Source: an uncultured Acidobacteriota bacterium
GTDB taxonomy: Bacteria; Acidobacteriota; Vicinamibacteria; Vicinamibacterales; Fen-181
Reading direction: 5' to 3'
DNA: 64,000 nucleotides
Assembly: GCA_963724775.1 (NCBI GenBank)
Contig: CAVRWB010000005.1
Coordinates: 42,357 to 106,356 of the forward strand
Part shown: piece after piece, positions 51,852 through 60,396 of the stretch
Layout of the letters: each line of letters begins with the position of its first letter
Position numbering within the stretch: position 1 is the stretch's first letter
The notes under the pieces: generated by a model
Databases searched by the model: none
Told to the model about the DNA's origin: nothing
Seen by the model: the letters and a program-made list of their open reading frames with translations, nothing else
Translations under genes and position numbers: made by a program

Positions 51852-54800
51852 CTACTTGTTGATGGCCCCGTGGTAGTTCGGGTACGGCGGCCGGGCCACC
51901 TTCTTCGGCGGGTTTTTCGTGAGTTCGGCCATCGCCACCTCCACCGCCTTCTCGAGCTGCGTGTCGCGGCCCTTGCGCCACTGCGCCGGGTCGAGGTCCA
52001 CCTCGATGTCCGGGGCCACGCCGTGGTTCTCCACCTCCCACTGGCTCTCGGGACTGTAGAAAGCGAAGTGCGGCGCGGTGACGGAGCCGCCGTCCACGAG
52101 CGTCGGGTACCCGCCGATGCCGACCAGCCCGCCCCACGTCCGCTTCCCGACGAGCGGCCCGATCTTCATCCGCCGGAACATCCACGGCATCAGGTCGCCG
52201 CCGGAACCCGCGAACTCGTTGGTGATCATCACCTTCGGTCCCTGCAGCACGCCGGCCGGCGTCGTCGCGTCCATGCCTTCGCGCGCCGCCCAGTAGCTCA
52301 GCACCGGCTTCTTCAGCGCGTCCACGATGTAGTCCGCCGCCGACCCGCCGCCGTTGAACCGCTCGTCGATGACCGCGCCGTCCTTGTCGATCTGCGCGAA
52401 GTAGTAGCGGTTGAAGTTCGTGTAGCCGCCGCTCGCGGTGTCGGGCAGGTGCACGTACGCCAGCTTCCCGCCGCTGATCGCGTCCACCTTCCGGCGGTTC
52501 CCCTCGATCCACGCCAGGTACCGGAGGTTCGACTCGCTCGGGACCGGCACGACGGTCACGTCGCGCGTGTTCGAGCCGTCCGCGTTCGGGCCGACCCTGA
52601 GGACCACCGACTTGTCGGCCGTGTCCTCGAAGCGGCTGTACACGTTCTCGGCAGCGGTGAGATCCCGCCCGTTGACGGCGAGCAGGTATTCGCCGGCCTG
52701 GACGTTGACGCCGGGCTGCGTGAGCGGCGCGCGCAGGTTCGGGTTCCAGTTCTCGCCGTTGAAGACGCGGGCGAACCGGTAGCGCCCGTTCTCGATCGAG
52801 AAATCGCAGCCGAGCAGCCCGCCGGGGACGCGCTTCGCCTCGGGCGTGTCGCCCCCGCCGATGTACAGGTGCCCGACGGTCAGCTCGCCGAGCATCTCGC
52901 CGAACAGGTAGTTGAGATCCGAGCGGTGCGCCACGCTCTTCAGGTACGGCTCGTACTTCTTCGCCGTGGCCTTCAGGTCGAGGCCGTGATGCTGGGGGTC
53001 GTAGAAGAAATCGCGCTCGAGCCGCCAGACCTCGCGGTACATCTGGTTCCACTCGGCGACCGGGTCGACGCGGACCTCCATGTCGGCGGTCTTGAGCTTG
53101 CCCTCGCCCGGCTTCACCGGCTGCGTCGTCGAGGCGATGAACCAGTCCTGCTGCTGGCGGTAGAGCATCTTCTCGCCGTTGGCGGACACCTCGAACCCAC
53201 TGACGCCATCCAGCACCTTCTCGAGCTTGCGCTTCTCGAGGTCGTACTTCTGGACGGTGAGCGACGTCGGGCCGGTTGTCGGCATCGCCCTCGTGATGAG
53301 CGGCGCCTCGACGATGAAGAGGATGTTGGCCTTCCCGGCCATGATCCCCGCGATGTTCCGCTCGGAGACCGGCAGCGCCAGGATCCGCTGGCCGATGGCG
53401 TCCATGTCGACGACGGTCCGCGGCGGCTCCTTCTTCGCGGCCGGCTTTTCGCCCTTCTCCTCCGGCTTCTCGCCCGGCTTGGCCTCGGCCGGCTTGTCGC
53501 CCTCGGCGGGCTTGTCGGCCGGCTTGTCGGGCTTCTCGCCGCCGATCTTCTCTTCGTCGCTCTCGGGTGCCAGTGGCGAGGGATCGGTCTTCTTGAGGAC
53601 CGCCAGGTAGACGCTCCGCGTGCTGAGCATCGGGTAGGCCGACATGTCGAGGCCGCTGTTGGTCGGGCCGATGTTGGTGCTGGCCGTGAAGTAGAGGTAC
53701 TTGCCGCTGGCGTCGAAGGCCGGGTTGCGCGCGTCGCTCAGCCCGTCGGTGACCTGGTAGGCCTTCCCGTCGTCCATCGAGTAGACGAAGACCGCGCGCA
53801 TCCACGACCGCAGCATCTTCGCGTAGGCGATCCAGCGGCTGTCGGGCGACCAGGCAGGGGCGAGCGTCGCGGCGCCGCCGCCGAGCGACTCGTCCACCCT
53901 CACGGGTACGCCCTTTTCGATCGGCACGTACCAGAGAATCATCCGCTTGTCGAAGAAGGCGACCTTCTTGCTGTCCGGCGACCACGTCGGGGAGTAGTAG
54001 AAAGACGGCGGGCTGGTGAGCACGATCTTCCTCACCTCGCCGCGCCCCGTCTGGTCGCGGAGGTGCAGCGCGTACTCGCCCGACTCGTCCGAGAAGTACG
54101 CGATCCAGCGGCCGTCCGGCGACCACGCCGGGTCGCGATCCGCCGCGGTGGACGAGTTCGTGAGGTTCCGCACGTCGCCCTTCTCGGCCGGCACGCTCAG
54201 GATCTCGCCGCGCGCCTCGAAGACCGCCCTCGCCCCGGTTGGCGACAGGCCGTAGTTGGCGATGCGCGCGCCGACCTTCTCGTACTTCGCCCGCACGCCG
54301 ACCAGGTCGGCCGCCACGCGGACGTCCACGCGACGGCTCTTCCCGCCCTTGAGGTCGAACAGGTAGAGGCCGCCGAACTGCTCGTACACGATCCCGTCGG
54401 GGCCGGCCGAGGCCGACTTGATGTCGAGGCCGTTGTTCTCGAGGACACGCGCCACCTGCTTGGTGGCGGTGTCGTAGGCGAAGAGGGTGATGGGACCGTC
54501 GCGGTCCGAGAGGAAGTACACGCGGCCGGGGTCGCCGGGCGTCCACATCGGGTTGAAATCGTTCGAGTCGGTGCGCGGCACGCGCTCGACGCTCGAGTCG
54601 GCGAGGCGGGCGATCCAGATCGGCGTCGCCTGGCCGCCGCGGTAGCGCTTCCAGATGTTGAACGCCCGCGGGATCGGCACGTAGGCGATCCGCGCAGCGT
54701 CGGGCGACATCGCCCCCTCGTTGCCCATCGGCAGCGGCAGGGCGTCGGGGAAGACCCCGTCTGCCGCCATCGTGAACAGCCGGCTGAATCGCCCGTTCTC

Positions 54801-55187
54801 GCTGATGCGCGAGGACGCGAAGAGGACCCGCTTGCCGTCCGGCGTCCACCCGAGGACGAAGTCCGCGCCCGGGTGGTAGGTCAGGCGCCGCGGCACGCCG
54901 CCCGTCGCCGGAACGATGTAGACGTCGAGGTTGCCGTCGTACTCGGCGGTGAATGCGAGCGTCGTCCCGTCAGGCGAGAAGCGGGGCCCGGTCTCGGTGC
55001 CCACTCCAGCCGTCAGGCGGACCGCCTCGCCCCCGGCACGCGGCACCGTCCACAAATCGCCGGCGTAGGCGAAGGCGATGTGCGTCCGGCTCAGAGTCGG
55101 GCTCGAGGCGAGCAGCGGCTGGTCCTGAGCCAGCACTGCCGGGGCGAAAAGCGCGGTGAACGCGAGCAACAGGGCAGCCTTCAGCAT
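51852..55187 (-). CDS. Tricorn protease homolog (S41 family peptidase with beta-propeller and PDZ domains), secreted
   Basis: ATG 55187 follows AGGAG. The product starts MLKAALLLAFTALFAPAVLAQ and contains ...IAFAYAGDLWTVPRAGGEAVRLT...SPDG repeats, a Lys/Pro/Glu-rich linker and ...FAGSGGDLMPWMFR. It is 1111 aa. The longer ORF 51852..55928 has an implausible N-terminal extension. Confidence 0.85.
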   Translation of the reverse strand: MLKAALLLAFTALFAPAVLAQDQPLLASSPTLSRTHIAFAYAGDLWTVPRAGGEAVRLTAGVGTETGPRFSPDGTTLAFTAEYDGNLDVYIVPATGGVPRRLTYHPGADFVLGWTPDGKRVLFASSRISENGRFSRLFTMAADGVFPDALPLPMGNEGAMSPDAARIAYVPIPRAFNIWKRYRGGQATPIWIARLADSSVERVPRTDSNDFNPMWTPGDPGRVYFLSDRDGPITLFAYDTATKQVARVLENNGLDIKSASAGPDGIVYEQFGGLYLFDLKGGKSRRVDVRVAADLVGVRAKYEKVGARIANYGLSPTGARAVFEARGEILSVPAEKGDVRNLTNSSTAADRDPAWSPDGRWIAYFSDESGEYALHLRDQTGRGEVRKIVLTSPPSFYYSPTWSPDSKKVAFFDKRMILWYVPIEKGVPVRVDESLGGGAATLAPAWSPDSRWIAYAKMLRSWMRAVFVYSMDDGKAYQVTDGLSDARNPAFDASGKYLYFTASTNIGPTNSGLDMSAYPMLSTRSVYLAVLKKTDPSPLAPESDEEKIGGEKPDKPADKPAEGDKPAEAKPGEKPEEKGEKPAAKKEPPRTVVDMDAIGQRILALPVSERNIAGIMAGKANILFIVEAPLITRAMPTTGPTSLTVQKYDLEKRKLEKVLDGVSGFEVSANGEKMLYRQQQDWFIASTTQPVKPGEGKLKTADMEVRVDPVAEWNQMYREVWRLERDFFYDPQHHGLDLKATAKKYEPYLKSVAHRSDLNYLFGEMLGELTVGHLYIGGGDTPEAKRVPGGLLGCDFSIENGRYRFARVFNGENWNPNLRAPLTQPGVNVQAGEYLLAVNGRDLTAAENVYSRFEDTADKSVVLRVGPNADGSNTRDVTVVPVPSESNLRYLAWIEGNRRKVDAISGGKLAYVHLPDTASGGYTNFNRYYFAQIDKDGAVIDERFNGGGSAADYIVDALKKPVLSYWAAREGMDATTPAGVLQGPKVMITNEFAGSGGDLMPWMFRRMKIGPLVGKRTWGGLVGIGGYPTLVDGGSVTAPHFAFYSPESQWEVENHGVAPDIEVDLDPAQWRKGRDTQLEKAVEVAMAELTKNPPKKVARPPYPNYHGAINK

Positions 55188-55285
55188 CTGTGAACTCCTG
55201 GACGGGCGGATTCTAGCACCGAAGGCGCGACGTTCTTTCATGATGAGAATGGTGAGTGGCGCGGCCGCCTGCCCACGTGGAGTCC

Positions 55286-57710
55286 TTACTCGTACCGCAG
55301 CGCCACGAGCGGGTCGACGCGTGATGCGCGTCGGGCAGGCAAGTAGGCGGCCACCAGCGTCGCCCCGATCAGGATGACCACCATGGCCCCGAAGGTCACC
55401 GGGTCGATCGGGCTGACGTTGAACAGCAGGCTGCGCAGCAGCAGGCTGGCCGATGTCGCCGCCACCAGGCCGATCGCCACGCCGACGGCCGCCATCCGCA
55501 GGCCCTGTCCCATGATCAACTGCAGCACGGCGCGATGGCCGGCGCCAAGCGCCATCCGCACCCCGATCTCCTGCGTTCGCTGCGTGACGGCGTAGCTCAC
55601 CACGCCGTACAGGCCGAGGGCCGCCGTCAGAAGCGCCACGGCGGCGAAGAACGCCAGCAGCTGCATGACGAAGCGACGGGCAGCGAGCGAGTTGGCAACG
55701 AGCGTGTCCATCGAGAGCTGTCGATCCACGGGCAGCGAGGGATCCAGCGCGCGGACCGCCTCGCGGATCGCTCGCGCCGGGTTGGGCGTCCCCGGCCGGG
55801 TGCGGACGACGACCCCGGTCATCCGTTCGGGCTCCTGGAACGTGCAGTAGTAGTACGTGCCCTTGGTGTCGTCGGTCGAGAGATCCCCGTGACTCACGTG
55901 TCCGACGACGCCGACGATCGTGGACCACGGCCGCCGCGACCCGTTGCGCATGTGACGCCCGATCGGGTCCTCGTGCGGCCAGTACTGGCGCGCCAGGTTC
56001 TCGTCGATCACGACGACCGGGGCGCTGCCCGGCCGGTCCGTGGCGTCGAACACGCGGCCGCGCCTGACCGGGATGCGCATGGCGGCGAAGTACCCGGGCG
56101 TCACGAGACGGATGTGGCCATGCGGACCGGGGTCGCCCGGACCGCTCGTCCGGCCCTCGATCAAGAACGAGGCCGACGAGTCGTTCCCGCTGAACGGCAG
56201 CGGAAATCCGAGGGCTGCCGCGGTCACGCCGGGAAGTGTGCCCAGGCGGTCCGTGAGCGCCTGATAGAACGCCGCGGTTTTCTCAGGCTCCTTGTACTGG
56301 GCCTCGGGTAGCGACAGGCTGGTCGTCGCGAGCTCGCGCGGATCGAAGCCGGGATCGACCTCCTGCAGGCGCGCGAAGCTGCGCAGCAGAAGCCCCGCGC
56401 CTACCAGCAGCACCAGGGCCAGCGCGGTCTCGCCAACCACGAGCGTGGCACGCAGCCGGTACCGCACGCGTCCCGAGGCGCCCGAGCGCCCGCCCGCCTT
56501 CAGGTATTCGGCAGGCGCCGTCCGCCATGCCTGCCACGCAGGTGCCAGGCTGAACAGCAGGCCGGCTGCAATCGTCATCGTCGCGGTGAACAGCAGCACG
56601 CGAAGATCGATCCTGGCCGCGAGGCCGACCACCGCCCGCTCGGGCGCGGCGACGAGGAGCAGCTGCATGCCGAGGTAGGCGAGGCCGAGCCCCAGCATCC
56701 CACCGCACGCGGCGAGAACGAGGGCCTCGGCGAAGGTACTCCGAATCAGCTGCCAGCTGCTCGCGCCGAGGGCCGCGCGCACGGCCACCTCGTTGATCCG
56801 GCTGGCGGTGCGGGCGAGCATGAGGCCCGCGATGTTGGCGCAGGCGATGAGGAGCACCAGGCCGACCGCGCCAAGCAGGACCAGCATCGGCGTGCGCGTC
56901 TGGCCCGCGATGAAATTCGTCATCGGCAGCAGGAACATGCCCCACTCGGCGTCCTTGGCATAGGCGCCGTTCTCCGTGCCGCCGTTCCGCAATCGATCCG
57001 ACAAGAGCTTGACGCGCGCCGCCGCCTGTTCGAACGAGACGCCGGGGATCAGTCGGGCCACGCCGGCGAGGTGCTCGTGGAATCGATGGTCCTCGGTGAA
57101 CTCCTCGCGCGGGAGGGCCAGCGGCACCCACGAGATCGGCCTCGCGGGGCCACCGGAAATCGGGTCCCATCACGCCGATGACCTTGTAGGGCTTCTGGTT
57201 CAGCGGGATGGTCCGCCCGAGGATCCCGGGGTCGCCGCCGAACAGCCGCATCCAGGTCCCGTGCGCCAGGATCGCGACCGGCGAACCGTTCGGCTGGTCT
57301 TCCTCGGCGCGGAAGGTGCGGCCGAGCAACGGGCGCGCCCCCAGCACGTCGAACCAGCGCACGGAGACGGCGCCGCCAAGCAGTTTCTCGGGCACCTCCG
57401 CGCCCGTGAAATTGAGGTCGGCCTGCGTGCCGGCCGCGGCGGACTGGAACACGTCGCGGCTCCGCTCGACGTCCAGGACGTCGGGCTGGGACACGGAGAT
57501 GCTGCTCATGTTCAGCTTGAGGTACCGTGCCCGCAGCGCGACGACGCGAGATGGGTCCGAGATGCCGGGCGGGTGGAGCAGGACCTGGTTGACGAGGCCG
57601 AAGATCGCGGTGTTCGCACCGATTCCGAGCGCCAGCACCAGGATCGTGGTCAGTGCAAAGGCCGGGCTCTTGAGGAGCGCGCGGACCGCAAGGCGAAGGT
57701 CGGATGCCAT
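55286..57710 (-). CDS. ADOP-family MacB/FtsX-like permease, paralog 5, with a 1-nt frameshift near 57131
   Basis: The N-terminal frame (from 57710) reads MASDLRLAVRALLKSPAFALTTILVLALGIGANTAIFGLVNQVLL...GVMGPDFRWPREADL. The C-terminal frame (57127..55286) reads (W)VPLALPREEFTEDHRF...AAYLPARRASRVDPLVALRYE. Confidence 0.8.
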
Positions 57711-57951
57711 TTGAACACTCCTTCAAGGTCATGGTCTGGACGGACCGGCAGCCCGCGCCGTCTCATTAGATAGTCTACCGGACCGGTCGGTTGGGTGGAC
57801 CGCGCCCTGGGCCTTGAGCCTTGAGCCCTGAGCCTTCGTGAATGCCGGGAGTCTTGCCAGGTCATGCTTTGTGTGGCAAAGTAGACGGCGTACTGGAACC
57901 TCCCGACGCACCTCTTTACCTGGTGCGCGGTTCCCGCAAAGGCCCCGGGTC

Positions 57952-59148
57952 ATGAGTCGATCGACATCGCGCCGCTCAGAGGCGACGCTCGCGGTCCTGT
58001 TCGCCGGCGCAATCCTCGCCGTGGGCGGGGCGGTGATCTTCTTCGTCTCCACCATGTCCGTGCACACCGATCCCGGCTCCCTGCCGTCGACGGCAGCCGC
58101 CGCGCCAGCCGAGCGTTACTCGGGCGCCGTCGAGGAGGCCAGGCGCCTGGCGCGCTCCCTGGTCGTCGAGGAAAACCTGCCGGGCCTCTCGGTGGCCGTC
58201 GCGCATGAGGGTCGGATCGTCTGGGCCGAGGGCTTCGGCTGGGCCGACGTGAAGCGCCGCGCGACGGTGACGCCGCTCACGCGGTTCCGCATCGGCAGCG
58301 TCTCGATGCCGCTGACGGCGGCGGCCGTCGGCCTGCTTCACGAGCGGGGGCGCATCGACCTCGATGCCCCGGTCCAGCGGTACGTTCCCGAGTTTCCCGC
58401 AAAGCAGTGGCCGTTCAGCACTCGCCAGTTGATGGGCCACGTGGCGGGCATCCAACACGAGGGCATGCCTGATCGCCACTGCTCCGGTTTCGACGACGTC
58501 GTGCCGATCTTCGACAGCGACCCGCTGCGGTTCCGGCCCGGGACGGAGTACCGCTACTCGGTCTACGGCTGGATCCTCGTCAGCGCGGTGGTCGAGGCCG
58601 CGGCGGCGGAGCCGTTTCTCACGTTCATGCACCGGGAGGTGTTCGAGCCGATCGGCATGGACAGGACCATACCCGACGCCGACGGAGTCCCGGACCGGGC
58701 ATCGTTCTACTTCCCGCGAACGGCCATGCGCACCGACCTCGGCCTCCAGGACGCGCCCGTGGCGGACTACTCGTGCTATGGCGGCGCGGGCGCGTTTGTC
58801 TCCACGCCCTCGGACCTGGTGCGGTTTGGGTCGGCGATGCTGAAGCCCGGGCTGCTGAAGGCCGAGACGATTGCCGCCCTCCAGACGCCGCTCCAACTCG
58901 AGTCGGGGGCTTCCACGGGATACGCGCTGGGCTGGAAGGTCGAGAGCATCCAGCTTGGCGGTGCGCCGGCACGGCTGCTGGGTCATGCCGGCAGCTCCAT
59001 GGGTGGCACCACGTCGTTCCAGACGTTCCCGGATCTCGGCCTGGTGATTGCCGTCACCACCAACGTGTCGCACGCCAAGGGCATTGCCCCGCTCGGCCTG
59101 AAGGTTGCGGAGGCGTTCACGAGGACGGCGAGCGGGCGCACTCACTGA
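57952..59148 (+). CDS. Beta-lactamase/transpeptidase-like serine hydrolase family protein with degenerate catalytic motifs
   Basis: An N-terminal TM anchor is followed by LPGLSVAVAHEGRIVWAEGFGWAD...FRIGSVSMPLTAAAVGLL (SxxM instead of SxxK), YRYSVYGW (YSV instead of YxN) and LGHAGSSMGG. Confidence 0.7.
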   Translation: MSRSTSRRSEATLAVLFAGAILAVGGAVIFFVSTMSVHTDPGSLPSTAAAAPAERYSGAVEEARRLARSLVVEENLPGLSVAVAHEGRIVWAEGFGWADVKRRATVTPLTRFRIGSVSMPLTAAAVGLLHERGRIDLDAPVQRYVPEFPAKQWPFSTRQLMGHVAGIQHEGMPDRHCSGFDDVVPIFDSDPLRFRPGTEYRYSVYGWILVSAVVEAAAAEPFLTFMHREVFEPIGMDRTIPDADGVPDRASFYFPRTAMRTDLGLQDAPVADYSCYGGAGAFVSTPSDLVRFGSAMLKPGLLKAETIAALQTPLQLESGASTGYALGWKVESIQLGGAPARLLGHAGSSMGGTTSFQTFPDLGLVIAVTTNVSHAKGIAPLGLKVAEAFTRTASGRTH

Positions 59149-59200
59149 CGTTCCGTCGAGGCCCGAGCGAGCCGGCTCGAGCCAATCGACAATCCCTTCA

Positions 59201-59340
59201 GCGCGACTCAGTGCTTCGACTCGCAAGTACGGCCACGAATCGCTTCGCTTCACGTGGCTCGTGCTCGTGCTAGCAGGGCTCAGCCACTTAGTCCTGAGGG
59301 CGCAGTACGTTGCCGTATTTGCGCATCGAAGGACTCAGCC
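59201..59340. repeat. Structured intergenic repeat element, copy B
   Basis: It aligns with 4081..4213 through gtgcttcgactcgcaag-acggccacga...cacttagtcctgagggcgcagtacgttgccgtatttgcgcatcgaaggactcagcc. Confidence 0.65.
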
Positions 59341-59389
59341 TGACCAAGGGGCCTTCGGCGCGTTCTTGCCGAGCCGGCCGCCCCGTCGG

Positions 59390-60385
59390 CTATTTCTTTG
59401 CGGCCGTTGTCATCAGCAGTGAGAAGCCGTCGAAGCGGTACTCGGCGTAGTCGCCGGTCACGACCGGCATGGCCGTTCCTGCCCTCACGTCCGCCAGCGC
59501 CTTCTGGAGGCGCGACAGGTAGCGGGGTTCCGCGACCGGCACGTTGTGTCCAGGCAGGACGAGATCCAGTTGGGGGACGAGTTGCGCCAGCCGGCTCACG
59601 GACGTCCCATAGGCGTCGGCGTCCGTTTCAGGGACGTAGAGGTAGATGGGTCCAAGGTAGAAGGTGTCGCCCGTGAAGAGGAGACGGTTCGCCCGGTCGA
59701 GCAGGCACGCCGAGTCCGGCGTGTGGCCGGGCGTCAGCAGCACCTCGAGCGTTCGGCCCCCCAGCTCGATGCGCTCCCCATCACCAATCATCCGCGACGC
59801 TTTCCACGGGCGGATGCGGTACGTGTCCCGGGTGACGCCGCGCGGCAGCGGGCCGCACAACCTCTCGGGGGCGAGGGCGTCACGTACGCCGTACGCGTTC
59901 GTGGCTCCGGACGCGTTGGCGCGCGCGTACGCCGAGTCGACGTTGAGAACGTCCGCGAAGTCGGCGTTGCCGCCCACGTGGTCGAAGTGGGTGTGGGAGT
60001 TGAGCACGGTCACCGGAAGCTTCGTCAGCCCTGACACGACGGCGCGCATCCTCCCGATACCAAGGCCCGTGTCGAAGAGGAGCGCTCGCTGTTCGCCGAC
60101 GACCAGGTAGGAGATGACTTCCTCCCACTGACGCGGCTCGTAGATCGCGAAGACTCCCGGGTGCACGCGGTACACCTCGAACCACGGATCGGAGCCTACG
60201 CGCGGCAGCGCCTTGTACTCGGGGCGAGGCAAATCCCTGCACCAGTCGGGGCGCACCGGCTCGTCCGCCTTGTTCTGCGCCGTCGCCATCGAGCCTCCCA
60301 GGACCAGCAGGCCGCACGCCACGAGAATCGTCGCGCCGATGGGTCGTGCTGCCCGCATGACAGCGGGCGTGTGCTCATTGACCAT
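59390..60385 (-). CDS. MBL-fold metallo-hydrolase, secreted
   Basis: LLFDTGLG...LNSHTHFDHVGGN (HxHxDH)...LLTPGHTPDS...TGDTF...LPGHN. Confidence 0.85.
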   Translation of the reverse strand: MVNEHTPAVMRAARPIGATILVACGLLVLGGSMATAQNKADEPVRPDWCRDLPRPEYKALPRVGSDPWFEVYRVHPGVFAIYEPRQWEEVISYLVVGEQRALLFDTGLGIGRMRAVVSGLTKLPVTVLNSHTHFDHVGGNADFADVLNVDSAYARANASGATNAYGVRDALAPERLCGPLPRGVTRDTYRIRPWKASRMIGDGERIELGGRTLEVLLTPGHTPDSACLLDRANRLLFTGDTFYLGPIYLYVPETDADAYGTSVSRLAQLVPQLDLVLPGHNVPVAEPRYLSRLQKALADVRAGTAMPVVTGDYAEYRFDGFSLLMTTAAKK

Positions 60386-60396
60386 GTCGCGGACCG

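Noticed and set aside
51693-55928. 1166-aa plus-strand ORF, 1035-aa minus-strand alternate frame, and the 1358-aa extended version of the tricorn ORF
   Set aside because: Only the frame starting at ATG 55187 (signal peptide, AGGAG upstream) gives tricorn/S41-like sequence. The other frames are Arg/Gly/Pro-rich shadows. The 5' extension to 55928 overlaps the permease gene and has no protein-like features.
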